A stretch of 64,000 bases of DNA from a virus (lineage: Duplodnaviria > Caudoviricetes), in IMG/VR virus record IMGVR_UViG_2724679514_000002, positions 5,998-69,997 of that record, one strand, 5' to 3'. Below, in pieces: positions 39,447-48,125 of this stretch (position 1 is the first letter of the stretch; each line of letters opens with the position of its first letter). The notes under the pieces were generated by a model. It had not been told where the DNA came from and searched no databases. It saw nothing but the letters and a program-made list of their open reading frames with translations. A program made the position numbers and the translations under genes.

Positions 39447-40406
39447 TTACATCATCCTACGCCCTTTTGTAAAAATCGCGTAATTGATTCCGCTTTCCAC
39501 TAACGCCGAAACTCTCCCTGCATTAAAAGCCATAGACGCTTCAGTCCACGCAAACCGTCGAAAGTTTCGATTCAACCGAAGAGTTAACAGAGATGACTCA
39601 TGCCCATCGAGTATTTTGAGATATTCGTCTTCTGACATTTTACCCTTTTCCACTAATTCGAAAAGATCAGGGTAGGCCATTTCCGACTGGAGTTGTTCCA
39701 TAGTTTTCCCTTCACTGATCGCGGCTGAAATCATGTCTCTATACATCATAGATAAATATTCAAAAGGTTTACCGCATCGAATCGGATTCCCTTTTGAATC
39801 TTGCGTGATATTTCCATCTTCATCCCGTTGATAGATTGCAATCCACTCTGAGCCATGATTTTTTGCGTATTCAGCAGCAAGCTCTCTTTCTCGATTTTTT
39901 GGGATTATCTTTTCTAGAGATTGCCGATCTTCCAATCCAACTCCCAGTTTGTATTTCAGTGCACGATCATAGTCTTCGATACCCATCTCATCGACTGTTT
40001 CAATCGGCAATTTCAGAGATCCACTCAAATAACCTGATAGATACCCTAGCAAAGTCCCTGACTCTCCAATATCTTTATACACTGGACTCCAATCCCTTTC
40101 CAGATATTCAAAAAGCCATTTATCAAATTCGGAATCGGATAAATGTTGGTTTACAAATGGCGGGCGGTCTTCTGGAAATTTTTTTTCAAAAATTCTTGGA
40201 AAATACTTTCCAATCGTTTTTTTTCCCCAGGAAAAAATTCCCTTACGGAAAAAAGTTTTTGAAGCATAAATATCCGGATCCTTAGGACCTAATGCACAAA
40301 ATTCCAACCACTTTAATCTGTCTCCTACAAGTAGTTGGAATTCGCGGCCAGCACGGCCTCTTAAAAATGGACTTTCAGTCTGCCAATTCTGCGAGGAATG
40401 AATCAA
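39447..40406 (-). CDS. N-terminal part of a MuF/SPP1 gp7-like minor head protein
   Basis: RDMISAAISEGKTMEQL...RNFRRFAWTEASMAFNAG...ESGIN; two genes after portal; lacks the Cys/His C-terminus. Confidence 0.65.
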   Translation of the reverse strand: MIHSSQNWQTESPFLRGRAGREFQLLVGDRLKWLEFCALGPKDPDIYASKTFFRKGIFSWGKKTIGKYFPRIFEKKFPEDRPPFVNQHLSDSEFDKWLFEYLERDWSPVYKDIGESGTLLGYLSGYLSGSLKLPIETVDEMGIEDYDRALKYKLGVGLEDRQSLEKIIPKNRERELAAEYAKNHGSEWIAIYQRDEDGNITQDSKGNPIRCGKPFEYLSMMYRDMISAAISEGKTMEQLQSEMAYPDLFELVEKGKMSEDEYLKILDGHESSLLTLRLNRNFRRFAWTEASMAFNAGRVSALVESGINYAIFTKGRRMM

Positions 40407-40863
40407 TTGCCGAAGACCAAAGCGATAATTTAGTTTTCACATCTGTGCTTTGACGGTGTATTCCGTCAATTGCGCTTGTAAGCCTATCATAAGTATCAGT
40501 ATTTACACTTTTGAGAATTTTTTCTGCTACCTCACTCCACTGCTCAGTCGTAAACCTTTCAGACTCGATTCCTTTCGACGCGAATAAGTCGATAACGCCA
40601 GAAACCTTGCTTTTCACACTTCTGTTTGTTGTGGATAGTATCTGTAAGATGCTATCATATAATTCTGATTTTTTTAAATTGGATAATCCATCTACAATAG
40701 GCTGCAAAAATCCTTCCACTTCCTCGACACTTTCCTCTAAAGTTGGTTTTTGGTTCTCTTCATGAGAAAATATTTCCTCTGATCCATCTACATCGTTGAG
40801 TGGGAGAGGATCATTATTTTCCACATTTCCCGCAACCCGTTCTTGCATATTGACTTCTGACAT
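40375..40863 (-). CDS. hypothetical acidic protein
   Basis: AAGGCGG SD; follows portal. Confidence 0.7.
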   Translation of the reverse strand: MSEVNMQERVAGNVENNDPLPLNDVDGSEEIFSHEENQKPTLEESVEEVEGFLQPIVDGLSNLKKSELYDSILQILSTTNRSVKSKVSGVIDLFASKGIESERFTTEQWSEVAEKILKSVNTDTYDRLTSAIDGIHRQSTDVKTKLSLWSSAIDSFLAELAD

Positions 40864-40912
40864 TTTATACCGCCTTATTTTTTTTACTCTTTTATGAGTG
40901 CATTATAATATA

Positions 40913-42604
40913 TTATTGAGATTCCGTTTCGGCATTTGGAGTAATAAAGTCGTCATCACTCCAAGGCAATTCCTCATTTGCATCTGATTCTGACACATCT
41001 GAATTATCGTCTACAGGAGGTTGACCAAACTGAGGCCCATTTCCTAAAATTTTACTAAACTCTGCTGCAAAATAAGGATTTCCGATTAACATCCCCATTT
41101 GAGCAAATTTTTTAGCTTGGTCATCTGATATTACCCCGTTTGTTTTATATGAGTCTGCAAGCTCCTGCATGGTTGGCCTGTCTTCCGCCTTTAAAATATC
41201 ATCGAGAGTTCTAAAGGTTTTAAATTGTTTATCATAGAGATCAGCTTTTTTTGACGACTCGTCGACTTTGACTCCATTAAAAATTAATTTATATAACGAA
41301 TCGTCCTGTGGATCGTGTGCCTCATTCAGACAATCACGATGGAACGCCATCAAAGATCCATGTGAGCGATCTCGCGCAAAGTGCTGCCTACCATCGACAG
41401 ACGGTTCCGATAACGTAGCGGATTGATTGAGCTTTAGGCCAATTTGTGCAGGATCAATGCCGTACCGTGCGCAAATCAAAGAAGCACTCATCTGTAAAAG
41501 TTTATCAAATTCGAAATCATCATTTACCTCTAGGTTATGCACCTGGATTTTTCCAGCCCCAAACAGCATTGGTAATCTAAATCCACTCCTATTCCCGTAA
41601 TAAGCGTTTTCCCATTCTAACTCCAATCTCTCCTGATCCGATTTTTGTATGTTCCCCTCGCTCGTTATCAGAGCACGAGGAGGATTCCGAGAGTTAAATC
41701 TATCCGCGTTATGTTTGATAACAAAAATCAATGACATGATTTCTAAGATACACGACTCAATTGGGGATATTCCAAATCCTCGAAATCTTACATCTGATAT
41801 ATTGTTTTTGTGACGCAAGACGATCCGACCAGCTTCATAGACCTCGACAACTTGGTTTCGAATCATCTGGACATGAGTAATTGTTCTGTCGCCTTTATAG
41901 CCTTTTTTAGGATCCACACGAAAAATCGTTGCTGGATCCAGATAGGTAATATCAATCAATTCGTTCCGCCGATTATAAGTCCTTTGATATGCGACAGTAT
42001 CAATTGCAAGAATGTCTCTTGTAGCCATTTCAAGGACTTCGCCTAAGCGTTCACGCTCTCTCCAGGTCGGGAGAGATTTATCACCCATTAATAACATCAA
42101 ATGGCCAAGATTTTCCATTTTAATCTTATCTTCTGGCGAAGGTGATTTTTTTTTATCTTTCATCGCGATTGAAAAACCTGGATCTTCGTCGAGGTCTGAA
42201 TACATTGAAACATCGTCCGAAAGAATTTGATGGATGGATCCGATTAAAGATGAGGAGTACCCAATGTCCCTAAGATCGAATGGGTCTGGTCTAAAAACTG
42301 GTCTGCAGCGAACACCTTGCGACAATAGGACATATTGATCATCAATGTAAATGGGGTCTTTTGCGTTCTTCTGTGCTTGCAAAATATCATACATTCGATT
42401 ATTTAAATTAATGGCCTGATCAACCGTTGCACGAGTTGGCCCGTAAAAACCACTTTTGCGAAACGTAGAAACATCCATGTGCTGTGGATCCGTCTCTTCT
42501 TTTGGTGCAGCCTTGCCTTTTACTTCTTTCTCATTTTCGCGGAATTCTTTTGGCGTTCTGTAATATAAATTCTTTTTGTAATTATTTCCGCGAGGTCGTG
42601 CCAC
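40913..42604 (-). CDS. portal protein (start revised to GTG 42604)
   Basis: TYLDPATIFR, RFRGFGISPIE, ICARYGIDPAQIG; follows terminase. Confidence 0.9.
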   Translation of the reverse strand: MARPRGNNYKKNLYYRTPKEFRENEKEVKGKAAPKEETDPQHMDVSTFRKSGFYGPTRATVDQAINLNNRMYDILQAQKNAKDPIYIDDQYVLLSQGVRCRPVFRPDPFDLRDIGYSSSLIGSIHQILSDDVSMYSDLDEDPGFSIAMKDKKKSPSPEDKIKMENLGHLMLLMGDKSLPTWRERERLGEVLEMATRDILAIDTVAYQRTYNRRNELIDITYLDPATIFRVDPKKGYKGDRTITHVQMIRNQVVEVYEAGRIVLRHKNNISDVRFRGFGISPIESCILEIMSLIFVIKHNADRFNSRNPPRALITSEGNIQKSDQERLELEWENAYYGNRSGFRLPMLFGAGKIQVHNLEVNDDFEFDKLLQMSASLICARYGIDPAQIGLKLNQSATLSEPSVDGRQHFARDRSHGSLMAFHRDCLNEAHDPQDDSLYKLIFNGVKVDESSKKADLYDKQFKTFRTLDDILKAEDRPTMQELADSYKTNGVISDDQAKKFAQMGMLIGNPYFAAEFSKILGNGPQFGQPPVDDNSDVSESDANEELPWSDDDFITPNAETESQ

Positions 42605-42611
42605 GAGGAGG

Positions 42612-42642
42612 GACAATTGGTTAACGTTTTAAAATATTGCAA
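42612..42642 (-). promoter_or_regulatory. putative late promoter TTGCAA-N20-TTGTC (7 nt to GTG)
   Basis: Shared motif with spacer one base longer. Confidence 0.55.
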
Positions 42643-42726
42643 ATCTTTTTTGTTCACGGAATTCTAGTTTTCAAATAATTTGAAAATGGTTTGAAAACTC
42701 TTGTTAATATAAGTTGATTTTATTTC

Positions 42727-44460
42727 CTAAAATCCACGGCGCTTTAACTGATCCCTACGCAACTGGTCTAAACTTTTTGCAATGTAACCACTATTATTTT
42801 CATTTTGATTGTTTTTTTGAGACAACATTATCACGCCAGACCTTTGTTCCGTAGTGAGAAATTTAACTGAACTACCAATTCTTTCTGTGATTAATTGGTA
42901 GGCCATTTGAGTGGCGTCAGGGCCGTCTTTTTTTCGGAACGGAAACTCTTCGAATTGTTCTATAAGTATTTTCGAATCTTCCCGCAATACTAGTTGTCCA
43001 GTTGCTATTGGGACCTGGAGAGAACTTACGATTCTGAGGTCCTTATCGCCACGGCTATCTATTTCCATGATTGGTACTATTATTTTATTGGCAAGCGTCA
43101 GGCCTAATTCATTATTTTTTATTGAGCAAAGTTCATTCCAATCCTCTAGATGTTTTCTAAACCCAGATAGAAAATAATCCTGGCCTCCGTTTATCTCTAT
43201 GCCAGCCACGCTCCACGGAAACGCTTGTAACGCTTTTATAAAATCATTCTGGATTTGTTCTGGGCGACGGCGTTGAATGTCTGAATAAAGTTCAAAAAAC
43301 TTTCCTTGTGGCGATAAACCAAGGCCAACGATTGCGGAAAAATCGGATCTCTCTGTTCGGCCAAGGGATAGATCAAGTGCTAGTGCCAGTTGCCAACCAT
43401 CAAATGTTTGCGGCCTTTCGAACTTCCACGTTTGTATAAGCCCTTTAAATTTTTGGCCAACCTCTGGTAGAGGCTCATTTTGTCTTTCTTGCGCGAAAGT
43501 GATAGCATCGTCATTGCGCTCTTTTTGTAATAAATCAATAGGTGCGCCTTCGGGCCATGACGATCTCTCTGTACCGTCTGGATCTGTGATCAAGGCCTTG
43601 TATTTTTTACGAATCCAATCCCTGTAACGATCGGATTTAAACACGTATTCACCTACGCAGTTAGGTGCAATAGTAGTATAGGACAAAATAACATCAATTC
43701 CCCAGACAGTTCCAAGTTTTAACGCGGCTCTTTCTAGCCACCGGTATTTTCTGGTCATCGTAGACTCAGAATTCACGTCTTTCTCCTCGTCTGGGTCGTC
43801 AAGGAGTAGGGCATCCGGCCTTATATTTTTGTGCCGTTTACCTCTAATCGCATTACCCCAACCTTTTGCAATAATCCTAAACCCTCCGTTAAAAACTAGA
43901 TCAAAGTCAGACCAAGAAACATTTTGGCCTTTTATATCTTTTTTAGGCAGTAACTCCGGATAATCGTTTGCGAGTTCTGAATTATCCTCGATTTCTTCTT
44001 GGATTTTGCGGAGGAATTCCTTTGCCTGTCCAAGCGTAGATGAAATTAAAATCGGGAATTTCCATGTGCGCGTTAATACCAGCCATATAACCCCACACAA
44101 TGTGAGTATTGTTGATTTTCCAAAACCACGTGATAATGCGACAAGAGTGCGGAGAGGGGTTCTGTGTTTTGAACCGTCTTTATTTTTTGGCGAACGATAG
44201 CTTTGTATGAGATTAATTAATTCTATTTGTTGTTCGCCGAAAGCCACTGAAAAATAGTGGGGGAAATAATGCTTACAAAAAAATAAGAAAGACCCTTTTT
44301 TGCCAGTCGCACGTTTTCTACAGATATTTTTTTTTCTGTTAATACCAAAGGTTTTGGCTCTAAGTCTTTCTGTTACATTCCTCACCGCCTCCGCGAGAAT
44401 GGCTGGGTCTACATTCACGTATTGAGTTCCATCGAGTATTTTAGTCAGCTCTGATTTCAT
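42727..44460 (-). CDS. terL: terminase large subunit
   Basis: Walker A SRGFGKST; IRGKRH...RPDALLLDD; nuclease ALDLSLG...SDFSA; KKDGPDA. Confidence 0.92.
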   Translation of the reverse strand: MKSELTKILDGTQYVNVDPAILAEAVRNVTERLRAKTFGINRKKNICRKRATGKKGSFLFFCKHYFPHYFSVAFGEQQIELINLIQSYRSPKNKDGSKHRTPLRTLVALSRGFGKSTILTLCGVIWLVLTRTWKFPILISSTLGQAKEFLRKIQEEIEDNSELANDYPELLPKKDIKGQNVSWSDFDLVFNGGFRIIAKGWGNAIRGKRHKNIRPDALLLDDPDEEKDVNSESTMTRKYRWLERAALKLGTVWGIDVILSYTTIAPNCVGEYVFKSDRYRDWIRKKYKALITDPDGTERSSWPEGAPIDLLQKERNDDAITFAQERQNEPLPEVGQKFKGLIQTWKFERPQTFDGWQLALALDLSLGRTERSDFSAIVGLGLSPQGKFFELYSDIQRRRPEQIQNDFIKALQAFPWSVAGIEINGGQDYFLSGFRKHLEDWNELCSIKNNELGLTLANKIIVPIMEIDSRGDKDLRIVSSLQVPIATGQLVLREDSKILIEQFEEFPFRKKDGPDATQMAYQLITERIGSSVKFLTTEQRSGVIMLSQKNNQNENNSGYIAKSLDQLRRDQLKRRGF

Positions 44461-44984
44461 TCGCCATTATTTGATATATGTTCCGTTAACTTTTCTTCTA
44501 AAAATGATTCCAAACCTGATAAAATTTTGTTCCTCGATGATTCGGCCTCTGCCTCTATTTTATTTTTAAATAAATATTTAGAATTAGTGAGATATGATAA
44601 AACTTGTTGAATTTCTTTTGGACTCAGCTTTCCTTTTTTTTTCTTAAGTTCCGAAATCCAGTCACTGAATACACAATAAAGATTCGATGCGATCGCATCC
44701 GCATTCAAACGCATCGCCTCTATTCTCACGTGTGCCTCTTTTTCGTAAGCATTCCTAAAATTTCTCCCAACTATCTCGTCTGAATAGAGCCAACGTTTTA
44801 TCGTGGATGGAGCCATTTTGATGCGCTTTGCAGTTTCCGCAATAGTAACCCCATCTAGGAGCATGAGGATGGCCTCGAATTGCTCTAAACTTATATTCTG
44901 ATGCGAATTTTCATAAGTTGTTTCTATTTTTATAGCCTTACGTGATTTCCGTTTTTGTCCTGTTTTGTCCTGTTTTTTCTCCAC
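44457..44984 (-). CDS. putative terminase small subunit (HTH)
   Basis: GVTIAETAKRIKMAPSTIKRW HTH; ATGA-coupled to terL. Confidence 0.7.
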   Translation of the reverse strand: MEKKQDKTGQKRKSRKAIKIETTYENSHQNISLEQFEAILMLLDGVTIAETAKRIKMAPSTIKRWLYSDEIVGRNFRNAYEKEAHVRIEAMRLNADAIASNLYCVFSDWISELKKKKGKLSPKEIQQVLSYLTNSKYLFKNKIEAEAESSRNKILSGLESFLEEKLTEHISNNGE

Positions 44985-44992
44985 AAACTCGT

Positions 44993-45022
44993 GACAAAAA
45001 GTTGTAAAATTCTTAGTGTCAA
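44993..45022 (-). promoter_or_regulatory. putative late promoter TTGACA-N19-TTGTC (8 nt to GTG)
   Basis: Shared motif. Confidence 0.7.
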
Positions 45023-45123
45023 CTATTTCTTTTTTTGTTCGCTTCGGTTCGCCATAGAAATTCTCCGAAGTTCTCTCGCTATATTTTCTTACAATTTAAT
45101 TTAACCCCGCAACATGCGGGGTA

Positions 45124-45162
45124 TTTTTTGCCAGATGACAAAATAAAATACCGTCATTTATT
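45124..45162 (-). repeat. 39-bp repeat, copy B (inverted relative to 4953-4991)
   Basis: Exact reverse-complement match; followed on the - strand by the hairpin CCCCGCA-tgt-TGCGGGG. Confidence 0.95.
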
Positions 45163-45166
45163 TGCG

Positions 45167-45934
45167 TTACAAATGACGAGTCTTACCCTTTTTAAAATCC
45201 TCAACAAAGGCCAAGAATTCTTTTTTAGAAATAACCTTAGTTTCAGGATCCAAAATTTCTTTGATTGCTTTATCCACCTCTCTCTGTGCAGCCGTAAGTT
45301 TTTTTTCAGCCGCAATGTATTGTTTTGCAACTCTGCTCACAAATTTAAATTCGTTCGAGCCGAGGAGGGGATAGGGAGATTTTTTCTTTTCGACCTTCCA
45401 ACCGTTTGCAGCGACTACTCGCTCTATCCACCTATACGCTGTTCGCTGAGACATGGCCCAATCATCCGCAATCTCATCGGCAAGCGAAAGACCTTTTGTT
45501 TGACCAAGCTTCGGAGCGCCCGCCATATTTTCCAGAAAGCGATTTTTTGGATAAAGTTTCGGAAGGATCTCTATGATATCTTCATCCGCCCATTTTTCGC
45601 CATCATTGTTAGTCCCGTAAACCTCTCGTCTAACAACGCGTGGGTCATCGTCGTTTAACAATCTACGCGCACGGATTGTTTTAAATTTTACATGGCCCTT
45701 ATCACTCAGAGCGCGATGAGCCTGGGTTCTCCGCTCTCCTTTATAGATCACGTATTTACCGTTTTTGTTTTTGGACGAACTGATTGTTATACTCTCTAGT
45801 AAGCCATCTCTAAAGATCCCTTTTGCGAGTAACCCAACTGCATCGGGATCTATTTTGCGTTTGCGTTTGATTGGGAGCACATAGGGCTCAAGATCGTCTA
45901 TAGATACGTCAATGTCCTGTGAGTATTTTTGCAT
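45167..45934 (-). CDS. ParB/Srx N-terminal domain protein with HTH
   Basis: LAKGIFRDGLLESITI...YVIYKGERRTQA; IADDWAMSQRTAYRW. Confidence 0.75.
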   Translation of the reverse strand: MQKYSQDIDVSIDDLEPYVLPIKRKRKIDPDAVGLLAKGIFRDGLLESITISSSKNKNGKYVIYKGERRTQAHRALSDKGHVKFKTIRARRLLNDDDPRVVRREVYGTNNDGEKWADEDIIEILPKLYPKNRFLENMAGAPKLGQTKGLSLADEIADDWAMSQRTAYRWIERVVAANGWKVEKKKSPYPLLGSNEFKFVSRVAKQYIAAEKKLTAAQREVDKAIKEILDPETKVISKKEFLAFVEDFKKGKTRHL

Positions 45935-45988
45935 GGCGACAGACTATAAAATTTTTACTGTACGGCTATAAAAAAATAAAATTGTATC

Positions 45989-46015
45989 TTGACAATACAA
46001 CCTATAGGTTGTATT
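45989..46015 (+). promoter_or_regulatory. hicAB promoter with 22-bp palindromic operator
   Basis: TTGACA overlapping AATACAACCTATAGGTTGTATT (perfect palindrome 45994-46015). Confidence 0.75.
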
Positions 46016-46023
46016 AAATAATC

Positions 46024-46215
46024 GTGAAGGCATTAAACGCGAAACAAGTAATCGAGCTACTTAAAGCAAATGGGTTTGAGCTGGAACGCGAGGGAAAAGG
46101 ATCTCACGTCATATATAAAAAGGGCTCGATTACAGTAACAGTGCCGGTTCACGGAAAAAAAGAACTGAAATTAAAAACTTTGAATGCAATACTTAAACAG
46201 GCAGGGCTAAAATGA
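46024..46215 (+). CDS. hicA: HicA family toxin
   Basis: LKANGF...GKGSH...VTVPVHGKKEL...AILKQAGL. Confidence 0.92.
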   Translation: MKALNAKQVIELLKANGFELEREGKGSHVIYKKGSITVTVPVHGKKELKLKTLNAILKQAGLK

Positions 46216-46634
46216 TTTCATATCCAGCTGTCCTTACTGAGGACGAACAAGAGGGCGGATATACCGTCGAATTCCCGGACCTTCCAGGCTGTATTACTGA
46301 AGGCGATACATTAGAGCAGGCTTTAGGATACGCGAAAGACGCATTGTCTCTTTATCTCGAATCAATCGATTCGCGGAAACTACCAATTCCACAACCTTCG
46401 AAAAAATCGGGCAAGAGCATCCATTACATCGAGCCCGAAAAAAAAATCGCATTCGCGATCTGGTTGAAACTTAACCGTGCCGAACAGGGACTCAGTCAGG
46501 CAAGAGTCGCAAGCCAACTCGGCGTGTCTCAACAGGCTTATCAAAAATTCGAAAATCCAAAGCGTACAAATCCAACTCTATCACAAATAGTTAAGTTGGA
46601 AAATCTTTTCGGAAGCGAAATTCTTAAACCGTAA
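46212..46634 (+). CDS. hicB: HicB family antitoxin with XRE HTH
   Basis: GGYTVEFPDLPGCITEGDTLEQA plus C-terminal HTH. Confidence 0.92.
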   Translation: MISYPAVLTEDEQEGGYTVEFPDLPGCITEGDTLEQALGYAKDALSLYLESIDSRKLPIPQPSKKSGKSIHYIEPEKKIAFAIWLKLNRAEQGLSQARVASQLGVSQQAYQKFENPKRTNPTLSQIVKLENLFGSEILKP

Positions 46635-46652
46635 CCAAAACAAGGAGGCGAT

Positions 46653-47003
46653 ATGAAAAATAATTTAGATAATTTTGAGAAACATTTAGAATCAAAAATC
46701 GACTCCTCAAAATCAGTAAGCAAAAAACGTAAAAATGAAATTCTTACGTTACTCAAAGACGCATCGGTACCATTCCGAGAAGGAGAGTTTTGGAAAAAAC
46801 ATGGACATCTTGAAACGCCCGGTAATAACATGCGGACCTATCGCGAAATGGCTGGCTGGTCTCAGACCGAACTCGGACAAAAACTTGGAGGCATTGCAAG
46901 ATCCCACATCTCAGCGTATGAGTCCGGTAAAAGATCGATTGGTAAAGATCTCGCTAAAAAATTAGCAAAACTTTTTAAAACATCAGTAGAGATGTTTATC
47001 TGA
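46653..47003 (+). CDS. XRE-family HTH protein (antitoxin-like)
   Basis: YREMAGWSQTELGQKLG...ISAYESGKR; AGGAGG SD. Confidence 0.85.
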   Translation: MKNNLDNFEKHLESKIDSSKSVSKKRKNEILTLLKDASVPFREGEFWKKHGHLETPGNNMRTYREMAGWSQTELGQKLGGIARSHISAYESGKRSIGKDLAKKLAKLFKTSVEMFI

Positions 47004-47036
47004 CAAATATAGGCAATTACCGCCAGGAGGTAAACC

Positions 47037-47306
47037 ATGGGCAAACGTTACAATGAGGCGCATAAAACAAAATCGGATCTATTTGATGTTGCAAAAAACA
47101 TCGAAAAAAATTTAGAAATATTGGAACAAAATAGAGATGTCGCACAGAGTATTTTTGCACGCGCGGAGGGCAAATATTCCATCCAGGCAATCTGTGAACA
47201 CGTAGGCTGGTCAGATCATCACTATCGGGAGTATCTCAGGAAAGGCCGTTTGCGAGTAGATAAACTATTCGTCGCCGCAGATCATTTAGAAAAGTTAATG
47301 GAATAG
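47037..47306 (+). CDS. hypothetical protein (possible HTH)
   Basis: AGGAGG SD; SIQAICEHVGWS. Confidence 0.7.
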   Translation: MGKRYNEAHKTKSDLFDVAKNIEKNLEILEQNRDVAQSIFARAEGKYSIQAICEHVGWSDHHYREYLRKGRLRVDKLFVAADHLEKLME

Positions 47307-47328
47307 TCAAAATTCTTCCGGAAAAAAA

Positions 47329-47447
47329 TTAACTTTTTTTACTTTTTAACAAAATAGTGATTTACTATTTTAAATCACCGTGCGATAATATTATTATCAA
47401 CGGGTGGCACCCAAAAGCCAAGGTTACAAAAACCATGAGCACAACTA
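47329..47447 (+). repeat. ~118-bp promoter/leader direct repeat, copy 1 (copy 2 at 53159-53276)
   Basis: Near-identical; contains palindrome GTGATTTA-ctattt-TAAATCAC, TGcGATAAT and leader GGGTGGCACCCAAAAGCCAAGGT up to the ATG. Confidence 0.9.
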
Positions 47448-47677
47448 GACTGACTAAAAAATTCGTTATCTCACAAATCAGAAGGACCTTGCAAGATCCG
47501 AATCTATTCAATAGGTTTTTGCCGGGTGCGGTTCTGCACGCATGGCTAAACACCGACGAAATGGGATTTGACCAGGGTGACGAGGATCGTTTAATCAGGA
47601 ATCTTAAAAACTGGGGATACATAACTCGCAATGGCGAATATTATGTCCTCACTCGTGAGGGATACAAATCCATTTAA
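47435..47677 (+). CDS. small hypothetical protein (winged-helix-like?)
   Basis: ATG 47435 sits at the same repeat position as ATG 53264; IRNLKNWGYI...YVLTREG. Confidence 0.65.
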   Translation: MSTTRLTKKFVISQIRRTLQDPNLFNRFLPGAVLHAWLNTDEMGFDQGDEDRLIRNLKNWGYITRNGEYYVLTREGYKSI

Positions 47678-47734
47678 TCCTGTTTGGCAAAACTCTCAGA
47701 GAGAGAACCGGGATTGTTTGGAACGGTCATTACA

Positions 47735-48004
47735 ATGGATATAAATAAAATCAAATCGATGATTGCGGAAATCGAAGACATCGATGTCATCGATGAAATC
47801 GTAAACGCGTGCCGTATAAATGCAATTGAGCGTATACGGCGCGCGGGGTCGTTGCGCCAAATCAGAGGTTGGACCGGGATAAATAATGGCAATCTGAGTC
47901 AGTACCTAAACGAAAAAAAACATGTGAGCACGGAAACATTAATTAAATTTGCAAAACAGATCAGAGACAATAAAAATCAAATGTCCTCTGATGAGACATA
48001 TTAG
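47735..48004 (+). CDS. XRE-like HTH protein
   Basis: SLRQIRGWTGINNGNLSQYLNEKKHVSTETLIK; start at CGGTCATTACAATG. Confidence 0.7.
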   Translation: MDINKIKSMIAEIEDIDVIDEIVNACRINAIERIRRAGSLRQIRGWTGINNGNLSQYLNEKKHVSTETLIKFAKQIRDNKNQMSSDETY

Positions 48005-48125
48005 TCATTATCGGAAGCTGAATAGGGTGGCTACAAAAATGATAAGCATACATATATATAGCGTATTTGAATTTTTTCAAATATATGTTTTGCCATATAT
48101 CGCAAAATTCTTATTATTGTGATAT

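Noticed and set aside
44952-44977. Short tandem TTTTGTCCTG repeat in terS
   Set aside because: Only about 2.5 units inside coding sequence; no evidence of a separate function
45035-45658. 207-aa + strand ORF
   Set aside because: Antisense to the ParB-like gene and runs through the 39-bp repeat; no recognisable motifs
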